Shown: piece after piece, positions 24,901-38,045 of the stretch
How the letters are laid out: each line of letters starts with the position of its first letter
How positions within the stretch are numbered: position 1 is the stretch's first letter
Assembly: GCA_950097015.1 (NCBI GenBank)
Contig: CATNEN010000001.1
Span: 1,178,001 to 1,242,000 of the forward strand
Length of the DNA: 64,000 nt
Reading direction: 5' to 3'
Source: Macrostomum hystrix
Taxonomy: Eukaryota > Animalia > Platyhelminthes
Notes under the pieces: generated by a model
The model's input: the letters and a program-made list of their open reading frames with translations, nothing else
Told to the model about the DNA's origin: nothing
The model's database searches: none
Translations under genes and position numbers: made by a program

Positions 24901-27900
24901 AAGAGACTGATGGGGAGAGGAAAGAGAGTGAGGGGAGAGGAAAGAGAGTGAGGGGAGAGGAAAGAGGGTGAGGGGAGAGGAAGGAGAGTAAGGGGAGAGA
25001 GGAAGGAGAGTGAGGGGAGAGAAAAGAGAGTGAGGGAGAGGATGGAGAGTGAGGGGCTAGAGGAAGGAGAGTGAGGGGCTAGAGGATGGAGAGTGAGGGG
25101 CTAGAGGAAGGAGAGTGAGGGGCTAGAGGAAGGAGAGTGAGGGGCTAGAGGAAGGAGAGTGAGGGGAGAGGAAAGAGACTGATGGGGAGAGGAAAGAGAG
25201 TGAGGGGAGAGGAAAGAGAGTGAGGGGAGAGGAAAGAGAGTGAGGGGAGAGGAAGGAGAGTGAGGGGAGAGGAAAGAGAGTGAGGGGAGAGGAAGGAGAG
25301 TGAGGGGAGAGGAAGGAGAGTGAGGGGAGAGGAAGGAGAGTGAGGGGAGAGGAAGGAGAGTGAGGGGAGAGGAAGGAGAGTGAGGGGAGAGGAAGGAGAG
25401 TGAGGGGAGAGGAAGGAGAGTGAAGGGAGAGGAAGGAGAGTGAGGGGAGAGGAAAGAGACTGATGGGGAGAGGAAAGAGAGTGAGGGGAGAGGAAAGAGA
25501 GTGAGGGGAGAGGAAAGAGAGTGAGGGGAGAGGAAGGAGAGTGAGGGGAGAGGAAAGAGAGTGAGGGGGAGAGGAAGGAGAGTGAAGGGAGAGGAAGGAG
25601 AGTGAGGGGAGAGGAAGGAGAGTGAGGGGAGAGGAAGGAGAGTGAAGGGAGAGGAAGGAGAGTGAGGGGAGAGGAAAGAGAGTGAGGGGCTAGAGGAAGG
25701 AGAGTGAGGGGCTAGAGGATGGAGAGTGAGTGGAGAGAAAGAGTGAGGGGGAGTGAGGGGCTAAAGGAAGGAGAGTGAGGGGCTAGAGGAAGGAGAGTGA
25801 GGGGCTAGAGGAAGGAGAGTGAGGGGCTAGAGGATGGAGAGTGAGTGGAGAGAAAGAGTGAGGGGGAGTGAGGGGCTAGAGGAAGGAGAGTGAGGGGCTA
25901 GAGGAAGGAGAGTGAGGGGCTAGAGGAAGGAGAGTGAGGGGAGAGGAAAGAGACTGATGGGGAGAGGAAAGAGAGTAAGGGGAGAGGAAAGAGAGTGAGG
26001 GGAGAGGAAAGAGAGTGAGGGGAGAGGAAGGAGAGTGAGGGGAGAGGAAAGAGAGTGAGGGGAGAGGAAGGAGAGTGAGGGGAGAGGAAGGAGAGTGAGG
26101 GGAGAGGAAGGAGAGTGAGGGGAGAGGAAGGAGAGTGAAGGGAGAGGAAGGAGAGTGAGGGGAGAGGAAAGAGACTGATGGGGAGAGGAAAGAGAGTGAG
26201 GGGAGAGGAAGGAGAGTGAGGGGAGAGGAAGGAGAGTGAAGGGAGAGGAAGGAGAGTGAGGGGAGAGGAAAGAGACTGATGGGGAGAGGAAAGAGAGTGA
26301 GGGGAGAGGAAAGAGAGTGAGGGGACAGGAAAGAGACTGAGGGGGAGAAGAAAGAGAGTGAGGGGAGAAGAAAGAGAGTGAGGGGAGAGGAAAGAGAGTG
26401 AGGGGAGAGGAAAGAGGGTGAGGGGAGAGGAAGGAGAGTAAGGGGAGAGGAAGGAGAGTGAGGGGAGAGAAAAGAGAGTGAGGGAGAGGATGGAGAGTGA
26501 GGGGCTAGAGGAAGGAGAGTGAGGGGCTAGAGGAAGGAGAGTGAGGGGAGAGGAAAGAGACTGATGGGGAGAGGAAAGAGAGTGAGGGGAGAGGAAAGAG
26601 AGTGAGGGGAGAGGAAAGAGGGTGAGGGGAGAGGAAGGAGAGTAAGGGGAGAGAGGAAGGAGAGTGAGGGGAGAGAAAAGAGAGTGAGGGAGAGGATGGA
26701 GAGTGAGGGGCTAGAGGAAGGAGAGTGAGGGGCTAGAGGAAGGAGAGTGAGGGGAGAGGAAAGAGACTGATGGGGAGAGGAAAGAGAGTGAGGGGAGAGG
26801 AAAGAGAGTGAGGGGAGAGGAAAGAGGGTGAGGGGAGAGGAAGGAGAGTAAGGGGAGAGAGGAAGGAGAGTGAGGGGAGAGAAAAGAGAGTGAGGGAGAG
26901 GATGGAGAGTGAGGGGCTAGAGGAAGGAGAGTGAGGGGCTAGAGGATGGAGAGTGAGGGGCTAGAGGAAGGAGAGTGAGGGGCTAGAGGAAGGAGAGTGA
27001 GGGGCTAGAGGAAGGAGAGTGAGGGGAGAGGAAAGAGACTGATGGGGAGAGGAAAGAGAGTGAGGGGAGAGGAAAGAGAGTGAGGGGAGAGGAAAGAGGG
27101 TGAGGGGAGAGGAAGGAGAGTAAGGGGAGAGAGGAAGGAGAGTGAGGGGCTAGAGGATGGAGAGTGAGTGGAGAGAAAGAGTGAGGGGGAGTGAGGGGCT
27201 AGAGGAAGGAGAGTGAGGGGCTAGAGGAAGGAGAGTGAGGGGCTAGAGGAAGGAGAGTGAGGGGAGAGGAAAGAGACTGATGGGGAGAGGAAAGAGAGTG
27301 AGGGGAGAGGAAAGAGAGTGAGGGGAGAGGAAAGAGAGTGAGGGGAGAGGAAGGAGAGTGAGGGGAGAGGAAAGAGAGTGAGGGGAGAGGAAGGAGAGTG
27401 AGGGGAGAGGAAGGAGAGTGAGGGGAGAGGAAGGAGAGTGAGGGGAGAGGAAGGAGAGTGAAGGGAGAGGAAGGAGAGTGAGGGGAGAGGAAAGAGACTG
27501 ATGGGGAGAGGAAAGAGAGTGAGGGGAGAGGAAGGAGAGTGAGGGGAGAGGAAGGAGAGTGAAGGGAGAGGAAGGAGAGTGAGGGGAGAGGAAAGAGACT
27601 GATGGGGAGAGGAAAGAGAGTGAGGGGAGAGGAAAGAGAGTGAGGGGAGAGGAAAGAGGGTGAGGGGAGAGGAAGGAGAGTAAGGGGGAGAGGAAAGAGA
27701 CTGAGGGGGAGAAGAAAGAGAGTGAGGGGAGAAGAAAGAGAGTGAGGGGAGAGGAAAGAGAGTGAGGGGAGAGGAAAGAGGGTGAGGGGAGAGGAAGGAG
27801 AGTAAGGGGAGAGGAAGGAGAGTGAGGGGAGAGAAAAGAGAGTGAGGGAGAGGATGGAGAGTGAGGGGCTAGAGGAAGGAGAGTGAGGGGCTAGAGGAAG

Positions 27901-29225
27901 GAGAGTGAGGGGAGAGGAAAGAGACTGATGGGGAGAGGAAAGAGAGTGAGGGGAGAGGAAAGAGAGTGAGGGGAGAGGAAAGAGGGTGAGGGGAGAGGAA
28001 GGAGAGTAAGGGGAGAGAGGAAGGAGAGTGAGGGGAGAGAAAAGAGAGTGAGGGAGAGGATGGAGAGTGAGGGGCTAGAGGAAGGAGAGTGAGGGGCTAG
28101 AGGAAGGAGAGTGAGGGGAGAGGAAAGAGACTGATGGGGAGAGGAAAGAGAGTGAGGGGAGAGGAAAGAGAGTGAGGGGAGAGGAAAGAGGGTGAGGGGA
28201 GAGGAAGGAGAGTAAGGGGAGAGAGGAAGGAGAGTGAGGGGAGAGAAAAGAGAGTGAGGGAGAGGATGGAGAGTGAGGGGCTAGAGGAAGGAGAGTGAGG
28301 GGCTAGAGGATGGAGAGTGAGGGGCTAGAGGAAGGAGAGTGAGGGGCTAGAGGAAGGAGAGTGAGGGGCTAGAGGAAGGAGAGTGAGGGGAGAGGAAAGA
28401 GACTGATGGGGAGAAGAAAGAGAGTGAGGGGAGAGGAAAGAGAGTGAGGGGAGAGGAAAGAGGGTGAGGGGAGAGGAAGGAGAGTAAGGGGAGAGAGGAA
28501 GGAGAGTGAGGGGAGAGAAAAGAGAGTGAGGGAGAGGATGGAGAGTGAGGGGCTAGAGGAAGGAGAGTGAGGGGCTAGAGGATGGAGAGTGAGGGGCTAG
28601 AGGAAGGAGAGTGAGGGGCTAGAGGAAGGAGAGTGAGGGGCTAGAGGAAGGAGAGTGAGGGGAGAGGAAAGAGACTGATGGGGAGAGGAAAGAGAGTGAG
28701 GGGAGAGGAAAGAGAGTGAGGGGAGAGGAAAGAGAGTGAGGGGAGAGGAAGGAGAGTGAGGGGAGAGGAAAGAGAGTGAGGGGAGAGGAAGGAGAGTGAG
28801 GGGAGAGGAAGGAGAGTGAGGGGAGAGGAAGGAGAGTGAGGGGAGAGGAAGGAGAGTGAGGGGAGAGGAAGGAGAGTGAGGGGAGAGGAAGGAGAGTGAG
28901 GGGAGAGGAAGGAGAGTGAAGGGAGAGGAAGGAGAGTGAGGGGAGAGGAAAGAGACTGATGGGGAGAGGAAAGAGAGTGAGGGGAGAGGAAAGAGAGTGA
29001 GGGGAGAGGAAAGAGAGTGAGGGGAGAGGAAGGAGAGTGAGGGGAGAGGAAAGAGAGTGAGGGGAGAGGAAGGAGAGTGAGGGGAGAGGAAGGAGAGTGA
29101 GGGGAGAGGAAGGAGAGTGAGGGGAGAGGAAGGAGAGTGAAGGGAGAGGAAGGAGAGTGAGGGGAGAGGAAGGAGAGTGAGGGGGGAGGAAGGAGAGTTA
29201 GGTGTAGATGAGGGAGTGAGGAGAG
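21965..29225. repeat. 7.2-kb purine-rich 20-bp satellite (GAGTGAGGGGAGAGGAA[A/G]GA)n with higher-order blocks
   Basis: About 350 units. Variant units (ACTGATGGGG, GGGCTAGAGG, GGGACAGG) recur in ordered blocks. Confidence 0.97.
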
Positions 29226-30109
29226 AAACATAAGAAAGAGGAAATAGAAGAAAATAAAGCAAAAGGCAAGTATATACTGTACAATTCGCAGTTATTGTAT
29301 ACATGATTATATTTTTTATGTATTTATGCTTTATACATATAATTATATATATTTGTCTGTGAGTTCTGTTCATAATCGTAAATACATGACGAGCAGCAAT
29401 TCGACTTAAAAAAAGAAAATTGTGTTTCAGTTAGATATAATAGAAACAAAGTTTGATCGCGGAGACAACAGACAACAGATCAGAGACACGCAAGGACACA
29501 GCTAAATAATACAGCTACAGGAACATCAGAAGATTACACAGCGGCTGCATTACAATAAGCTTTCTTGTTCTACAAACAACAAAATCAACTATTAATGTAA
29601 GCACACAGAGTCAAACAACTTTAACTAGCAATTGTGTAGCTTTTAGCAGTGACGGCACGCACAACAATAGCTGAAAAAGAACATGAGCTGATTTTTCAAA
29701 CAGAGAAGTTAAAAAAGTAGCATAAGACGCAGTGTTATCATTAAAAAATGTTCTTTTGATTACCAAGCAGGCATTGCTAGAAAACATAGTAAGAAAATCA
29801 GCAATACTACAAATGATGTCTTAAGGCGCGTGCACGGAACTTTTCGAGATACCTTGTAACCTAGCAACTACTTGCTGATAGAGTTTTACATTATAAGTGC
29901 AGCAAAAGTACATAAAATGGATAAGAAAAAATCTGAAAACGTTTTCAGCCTCTGAGATGGCCTTCGCAGACAGAAATCACTAAACTAAGATACTGAAATA
30001 GTTAAAGAAAATCGCGTGACATTCACGCAACACTAGATAGCGATAAAAACTAATTTTTTTATCATCACATCAGCTAATTATAAAAATGTATTTAATTTTA
30101 GATGAGGCG

Positions 30110-30620
30110 CTGTCACACCTGCGAATTAGCGATTGCGATTGTGGGATGGGTGTTGTCGCACCTGCTAATTAGCGCTTGAAATTTGTGGGTGCTGTCACAC
30201 CTGCTAATTAGCGATTGCGATTGGGGTGGGTGTTGTCACACCTGCTAATTAGCGATTGTAATTTGGGGTGGGTGTTGTCACACCTGCTAATTAGCGATTG
30301 CGATTGGGGTGGGTGTTGTCACACCTGCTAATTAGAGATTGCGATTGGGGTGGGTGTTGTCACACCTGCTAATTAGCGATTGCGATTGGGGTGGGTGTTG
30401 TCACACCTGCTAATTAGCGATTGCGATTGGGGGTGTGTTGTCACACCTGTTAATTAGCGATTGCGATTGGGGTGGGTGTTGTCACACCTGCTAATTAGCG
30501 ATTGCGATTGGGGGTGTGTTGTCACACCTGTTAATTAGCGATTGTGATTGGGGTGGGTGTTGTCACACCTGTTAATTAGCGATTGCGATTGGGGGTGGGT
30601 GCTGTCTCACCTGCTAATTA
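30110..30620. repeat. 41-bp tandem repeat (TGTTGTCACACCTGCTAATTAGCGATTGCGATTGGGGTGGG), ~12 copies
   Basis: Units start at 30314, 30355, 30396, 30437 and 30478, among others. Confidence 0.95.
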
Positions 30621-31871
30621 GTTATTTCAGTTAGGTGTGGTGTTTATACGCCTGGCAAAAAGTAACTAACTAGTTATTGTTGCACTAAGTTACGTAAAAC
30701 TCTATGCCATTTAACAGCAAGTGGAATATCTGTGAATTTTAGTTTCGCCGGCAAAAAAGCAAAACAACAAAACAAAGCTAAGAAACATTGTTATTTTATA
30801 CGCCTACGATAGTAGAAAACAAGCGGTAATAGCATGTCTTTGTCGAATACAAGTTATAATGGTAATCGGTTATTAGTAATAACAAACTGTTAAAAATGCA
30901 CTTGTAAATAAATATTTTCATTGAAAATTGAATAATAGCTCAACTAGTGATCCTATCCAACAAGTTGTATAGTCGCTTACGTATCAGATGGATGAATTGC
31001 AGGATTCAATCAAACTAGCTACTTAAGACGAGTAGTACTTTACAACTTTCATAGCTGAAATATGTCAAAAAAAATTAGTTTTATTTTACGCTTTAAAGAA
31101 ACGACAATCAGAAAGAAGCACAAACAGTACCAGAAAGCTGTCATGCAATTTTTCGGATTGGTGTAGATAAAAGTTCCATCAATAGATTGTCCCCAAGTAT
31201 AGCTTACTAGGTGCTACATTGACAGTGAAATTGTTTATGACAGGTGCAGGACAGGTGAAAGACTGCTAACAACATTGAAGTGTTTGATTAATTATTCAGA
31301 TGAAATATGACACAATAACAACTAGAATCTGAATTTGTTTGCCGTGTGTTTATAATTATTTAAGTACCAGGCAAATTGGGTCAGACAAAATGAAACGCTT
31401 CTTTTGTTTAAAAACTACACGACAGCTGCTAACAGACCAGACTATGGTAAGTATTTCACCCGTTGATTTCAACAGACAAAATTTAGAATCAGCAACAACA
31501 GTGAGAAGCGTATGCTTAAAAAACTGAAAACTCAATATTTACACTCTAGTTATTGTCCCAAAGTAACCTGATTTAACGTTTTCCACGTTAACGTTAACGT
31601 TTTAACTTTGAAAGCGTTAATTTTCTTTTTAAAGTTTAACGAATTCAACATTGTTAAGCAAAAGTTAGGTATTTGAAAATAACTGAAAATAATAGACTAA
31701 GTAGAAGTTTAGGATCTGCGCACGTATTAAAATTGGGGATATTCGCCCTCCGCTGTAGCAAGCAAATCGGAATAAATCCCACACATAGAATAGTAAGAGA
31801 AGCAGGAAAATGACCAGTTCAAAGCGCATTTGCTCAAAAAAGAAAATGAGTTCTCAGCGTGTCGTGTTACA

Positions 31872-34375
31872 TCAGTGTGCCGCGCCGCTGCCGGAAGTGT
31901 TAGCGGAGACGCAGGTCTTATAGATTGACTCCAATCTAGCCAGCAGGTTAGTGTAATTAAACTTTGGCCTACTGTCGCCAAACGGATCACGCATTGGTGT
32001 GCCATCTTTAGCCTGGTTGCGTCGGCAAATGTCTGTGTAGTGCTGATAATAGTCTGGGAAATTGTCCTGCATCACCTGGAGAACAGGAGAGTAGATCTCA
32101 CAGTGAGCAGGAGAGTAGATCTCATAGTGAGCAGGAGAGTAGATCTCATATTGAGCAGGAGAGTAGATCTCATAGTGAGCAAGAGAGTAGATCTCATAGT
32201 GAGCAGGAGAGTAGATCTCATAGTGAGCAGGAGAGTAGATCTCATAGTGAGCAGGAGAGTAGATCTCATAGTGAGCAGGAGAGTAGATCTCACAGTGAGC
32301 AGGAGAGTAGATCTCATAGTGAGCAGGAGAGTAGATCTCATATTGAGCAGGAGAGTAGATCTCATAGTGAGCAGGAGAGTAGATCTCACAGTGAGCAGGA
32401 GAGTAGATCTCATAGTGAGCAGGAGAGTAGATCTCACAGTGAGCAGGAGAGTAGATCTCATAGTGAGCAGGAGAGTAGATCTCATAGTGAGCAGGAGAGT
32501 AGATCTCACAGTGAGCAGGAGAGTAGATCTCACAGTGAGCAGGAGAGTAGATCTCACAGTGAGCAGGAGAGTAGATCTCATAGTGAGCAGGAGAGTAGAT
32601 CTCATAGTGAGCAAGAGAGTAGATCTCATAGTGAGCAGGAGAGTAGATCTCATAGTGAGCAAGAGAGTAGATCTCATAGTGAGCAGGAGAGTAGATCTCA
32701 TAGTGAGCAGGAGAGTAGATCTCATAGTGAGCAGGAGAGTAGATCTCATAGTGAGCAGGAGAGTAGATCTCATAGTGAGCAGGAGAGTAGATCTCATAGT
32801 GAGCAGGAGAGTAGATCTCATAGTGAGCAGGAGTGTAGATCTCATAGTGAGCAGGAGTTTAGATATGGTGAATAGGAGAGAAGATATGGTTAATAATAGT
32901 ACAGTAGATAACGTATATATTTTTAATTTACTTTAAAACACAATACTTCACTAACCTGATAAAACGGCTTTGGCAGATTGCTAACCCGGCGTTCAAGCAT
33001 GTCGCACACTGCAGCTCGAATGGTCTCATGCGTGATAATGTCATTGTAGGCCTGGGCATCCCCCTGTTGACGCTCGACCTGCAGGTGGTGGGGGGAATAT
33101 AATTAGATTAAGGAGAATATTCGAGATTTTAGGAGTGGGGATATTGGGAATTGGGATTTATAGAGCATGGGAAAAATGGATTCACATTATTCGAGGGACG
33201 TGGGTGAAAAACTGACAGAGTTTTTAAGAATGCCAGATTGGGACAGGAATGGGAAGTTGGGATTTGAGTGATATGGGATAGGGCTATAAGGTCAGGATTT
33301 AGGATGAGAATTGACTCGCGAGATGCGGGATTAGGGTATGTGGCATGATGCGGATTTGGGAAAGTGGGATCTGGATTTGAGGGGGATTCGGGATGTGGAT
33401 TTAAGGGCTGATGTGGGATCTGGATTTCAGGGCTGATGTGGGATCTTGATTTGAGGAATGCGGGGTCTGGATTTGAGGAATGCGGGATGTGGATTTGAGG
33501 AAAGCGGGATCTGGATTTGAGGAATGCGGGATGTGGATTTGAGGAAAGCGCGATGTGGATTTGAGGAAAGCGGGATCTGGATTTGAGGAAAGCGGGATCT
33601 GGATTTGAGGGCTGATGTGGGATCTGGATTTGAGGGCTGGTGTGGGATCTGGATTTGAGGGCTGATGTGGGATCTGGATTTGAGGGCTGATGTGGGATCT
33701 GGATTTGAGGGGGTGAGGGATTTGGAATTGGAGGCTGCGGGGATTTGGAGGATTTGGGGATGCGGAATCTAGATTCGAGGAATGGGATAGGAATTAGAAT
33801 TCTATTTGATTAAAACAAATAAAGACATATACAAAGAAAAAGAAAAGTGTTTGTAAAGCTCGCACCTCAAATCCTGGCTCATTGTGATAGGGTCGCTCGT
33901 TGAGCAGAGTCTGTATCGACAGCAGGACACTGCGCAGGCTCATCACAGGCGTCCAACCGGGTCCCTGCCAGGTGCCCAGAATGCTCAGACAGATTTTGCC
34001 ATTCTTGTATAGATTAGGATTGAATCTAACCTGGCCGTTGCCAGTGGTAACTAGGCGAGCCCTAGGCGGCTGATTCGGATACTGGGCCGGGACGCGCATA
34101 ATGATGTAGAAGAAGCCGCCCTCATACGGAGTCTCAAATGGCCCAGTTAGCAGGGCGTGCACTTTTCCCAGATCTGCATCGTCTTGTACTACGAAAATTC
34201 CCGGAATGGGATCATTGAAAATCGATACTAGTTCATTTTTAACCCTGGCCAGACAGGAAGCTGGCAGGGGGGCGGATGGCGCGAATTCCGGGTCCCAATC
34301 GCTGCGACTCTGTGACAGAAACTTTTTGAAATCTTGAGTCTTCTCAAATGAACTGCTGCCGCTACCGCTGGCCAT
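31872..34375 (-). CDS. UBE2Z: Ubiquitin-conjugating enzyme E2 Z (USE1), ~278 aa
   Basis: Exons 34375-33866, 33078-32956 and 32075-31872 with phase-0 introns. Motifs: [32 protein letters not shown] (catalytic Cys), [20 protein letters not shown] and MRDPFG, the UBE2Z-specific C-terminal extension. Confidence 0.93.
32083..32860. repeat. 24-bp minisatellite (AGTGAGCAGGAGAGTAGATCTCAT)n, ~32 copies, UBE2Z intron 2
   Basis: Tandem array abutting the acceptor of exon 3. Confidence 0.97.
33364..33720. repeat. 22-25-bp tandem repeat (GGGATCTGGATTTGAGG + AATGC/GCTGATGT), UBE2Z intron 1
   Basis: About 15 copies with degenerate flanks. Confidence 0.88.
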
Positions 34376-35085
34376 AATGTTTTACTCGCTTTTAAGGATC
34401 TTTGTGGAGAATTTGAAGCAAGAATTGCAGCTAATACCAGTAGCCAAATGTTGTATCTTCGTTGCAATGTGAATGGCAATTATTAAAACTGTGAGTTTAA
34501 TGAAGAATATATACTGCCTTGACAATCCAGGCAAAGCTTCAATTATGAATCAATTACAGAAATATTACAGGTCAAGAAAGATTGATCACACACACAGCCA
34601 TAGTCAATCAGTCAATTAGAAAAAAAACAAGTTTTGGACTTCTTAAATTTGAAATATGTGCTTTTTTAGAACTATTGACTTTTAATGCCTTTGATTGGCA
34701 TATATATTTTAACATCTTCCATTTTATGATTAAAAAACTAACAATTTTTAATGGCTTTTTGTGAATTAGTTATATGTAATTCTTAATTAATATATACTGT
34801 AAATTTAGATTAGGCATGTGTCATTTATATGGGTCTAGCCATTTTAAAACCTATGATTATAAGATAATTAATAAGATAGATAAGATAAGATAAGATGATT
34901 ATAACATTTCTAAATGTATCACAAATTAGATTTTGACTCTAGAAGGTGTAATACAAATATCATAACTGTTTTGTTGAATTCTTATATACTCAATGTTACG
35001 TAAGAACTAAAAGGTAGTTTTTTTATTTAGAATATACCCTAGTTTATAAGTAGGCCTAAGCTTATTACAATAATATAAGTAATAA

Positions 35086-35396
35086 GAGGTTGTAGCCTAG
35101 TGGTTAGGGCGTCGGACTCACAACTTGAAGGTCGGGGGTTCGATTCCCGACTACCCTGAACAATTTGTGTCCTTTAGCAAGACACTTAACTCTACATTGC
35201 TTCAGTTCACCCAGCTGTTAAATGGGTACCAGCATCAGCTGGGATAATTGAAGGTGGGTGTGGCGTCCCCCCAGACCATGGACTGAACAGCTGTACGCAG
35301 CCTTCAGATGCGCCGCGCATTAACTGCGGCTGTGCTGTCGGCTGCACATCTGACCCAATTGGGGCAGGTGTAATCAATTATTATTATCATTATTAT
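35086..35396 (+). mobile_element. tRNA-derived SINE with CORE-like domain
   Basis: A box TAGCCTAGTGG and B box GGTTCGATTCC, followed by a CORE-like segment (TGTGTCCTTTAGCAAGACACTTAAC...CAGTT...CTGTTAAATGGG) and a (TTA)n tail. TSD TATAAGTAATAA at 35074-35085 and 35397-35408. Confidence 0.85.
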
Positions 35397-36478
35397 TATA
35401 AGTAATAACTAGATTATCAAAAAATCACCCAAGATAATAACAAGGCATAATTCTTTAACCACAGATGGGAAGAATCTATTTGTTCCAACTATACACTTAG
35501 CTAGGCTTAGTCTAGTATAGGCCTAGGACCTAGTTCTACAATAAAGAGGGTCATAATGAGGGTTGAAAACTGCCACATTCCAAGCCGTCGAGGCCTATGC
35601 CACAGATTATATAGCTTTATAGCTAAGTAGGCATAAAAGTAAGTCACAATAGTTTCACTTCTGATTGGCTACTTCTAGGCCTACTATGGGATATAACATG
35701 TAATGGGATCAACCAGTCTTCATAAAACAAAGAAATTAAAGAAAAATGCATACTTTGCATTTGAATTGGCTATGTTGGGTCTGGGACTTGTGGGCCTAGC
35801 AACTATTATTATAGCTAAAAATAACATGGCACAGCAAGTTATCCTTTAAAGTGGCACTAAACCTACATCCTACCACAGAGTCACAGAATACTTCAATCTT
35901 AAAGTAAAAAAACATTAGCTGCCTAGGCTCATAATCTTACCAATCAGTTTACTTCTAATTTTCATTTAATGACTTTTTGTTTGCTGCCAGTTTGTCAGCC
36001 TAAATATAATGTGATCATTTTGTCTGGCTGGTTCTCAATACAATATAATGCTTAATTTACCATATTTGTACCACATTTACTAACACGGAGATACAGAGTG
36101 CATATGTAAACTACATACATGAACATAAAAGTCTAAAGACACCAGACTACCTAATGTTAGGCCTAGATATGGCCTGGCTAATATATAAAGAACATCATGA
36201 ATAAATAGACCTAGGCATGAACCATTAATTAGCTAAAGTAGAAACCTAGCCATGTAACTGCATAACACTAAAAGCAAGCAATAATCAGGATCAGGCCAGG
36301 GCCTTGACAATCACTAAAAAATAAAGGGCCTAATGGGTATAGTGGACAGTAGAGCCAAATTTTTAGGGGAACATCAGGCTCAAGCCAAACCTTTATCCTG
36401 TCCATGAGCTAACAAGTAAAGTATTGACTAATTGACAACAAAGTGAGCTAAAAAATTCTCAATACTAGGGCCACAAAG

Positions 36479-36923
36479 GGTCCCAGGTCATTTTGGTGAC
36501 AAGACATTTCGGTGACAGAATTGTTCAGTTCGGTGACAACTATTTTTGCACCTAAATATGCTGAGAAAACAGCCTTCCACGATCCAGTAGCTGCTTAAAG
36601 CCTGCACTCACCTTGTCAATCCAAAACTTGAAAAATGATTATTATACACATTTAATTAGTAATGAATAACTATTGAAACTATTGAATACTCATTAAATAA
36701 TTTAATAATTTAACTCATTTAAAGTACAACCCAGAGTGATGCAGCTTCTGATTAATACTTATAGCATTATTTAATTAATACTTTATATGTGTGCATAGTT
36801 AAAATGGAAGCTGTTTTTTAGCATATTTAGGTACAAAAATAGTTGTCACCAATCTGACCAATTGTGTCACTGAAATGACTTGAGTTGTCACCAAAATAAC
36901 TGTCACGGAAATGACCTAGGACC
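36479..36923. mobile_element. Non-autonomous DNA transposon (MITE), 445 bp, ~100-bp TIRs, 8-bp TSD
   Basis: Termini GGTCCCAGGTCATTT...AAATGACCTAGGACC with internal GGTGACA/TGTCACC repeats. TSD CCACAAAG at 36471-36478 and 36924-36931. Confidence 0.88.
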
Positions 36924-37891
36924 CCACAAAGCATTGTATGCCACATTGACTTATATTCTGGGGACTAGGGTAGAGTATAGTGACTAGGCCTACAACCCAA
37001 TTTAGTAAGAGGGGCCTAGTCATTTTGGTAGCAACCAATTCAATAATAACTGCTTAGCTTTGGCCATATGATAAATGACTCAGTCATAGTTTTGTTATAA
37101 TAACTCTATAGTAGCAAATTCTATCTAAGTACAAAATCATTATAGAATACTATTTTACACACAAAATGTTGTCTTCTGTCTGACAAAATTTTAATCTAAA
37201 GCTAAATTTACATACATACATGTATATATGATACAAATTTGTGAATACTCTAGGCCTACTCTCCAATATATTATTATAAGGCAAAAATAAATAGTCTGAG
37301 ACTGAATAATTTGTGAGCAGCTTGACTTTGAAATAAAACTGTTAAAATTGTATGCCAATGAACAATATTGCCGATTCTCTTTTTAACATTAAATAGTAAA
37401 GACCATATATAAGAAGATCACTAGATGAGATCAATTCAGATAATTTGTGTTACTAAAGTTACTACATGGCTGCTACTGGCTACAGCTAGGCCCCCCTACA
37501 GGCTATGCCACTAAAATAAAAAACTATCAAAACTATTGTAAAATTTTCAAAATTAGAGCAACTATCTATCTGTCTGTACTTGGGTGTTATAGGTCTATAT
37601 TGTCATTTTTATCAATAATCAATATTGTACAATCAATGAATGAATCTTAGAAATAGGCCTATAATTTAACTATGATAATGCAGAACAAATTCTTAGACTC
37701 TTTGATACTAAATATCGTTATGAGGGTACATTCTATTCTACACAGCGGCCGTTGTCTAAACTAAATGACGGGGTCGTTTTGTCTGCCCGGTCCTCTATGT
37801 ATAGAATTGCTTCATGCATTATAAGTATTATAAGTAATTTTAATTTAATTTAATATTGTAATTCTGTTACGAAAACGATCGAAACTATTTT

Positions 37892-38045
37892 GGAAGTGGC
37901 TATTCGTACGGCAGTCCGGAAATATAAAATACCAATAATTCGCCATGAGGAAGCTTGCCGCGGGTTTTAGATTTGTTATAACTCGTTTCATCATTTCTTG
38001 GAAATGCACTTACAAAAGAGTTCTGCCGTACGAATAGCCACTACC
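37892..38045. mobile_element. MITE, 154 bp, 23-bp TIRs, 9-bp TSD
   Basis: TIRs GGAAGTGGCTATTCGTACGGCAG / CTGCCGTACGAATAGCCACTACC. TSD AACTATTTT at 37883-37891 and 38046-38054. Confidence 0.88.

Noticed and set aside
28597-29373. Ser/Pro/Leu-rich ORFs on the minus strand
   Set aside because: Pyrimidine strand of the 20-bp satellite.
32040-32936. (RRVDLIVS)n and (MRSTLLLT)n ORFs
   Set aside because: Intronic 24-bp array.
35086-35160. Possible tRNA gene
   Set aside because: No proper acceptor stem; it continues into the CORE-like body, tail and TSD, so it is a SINE head.
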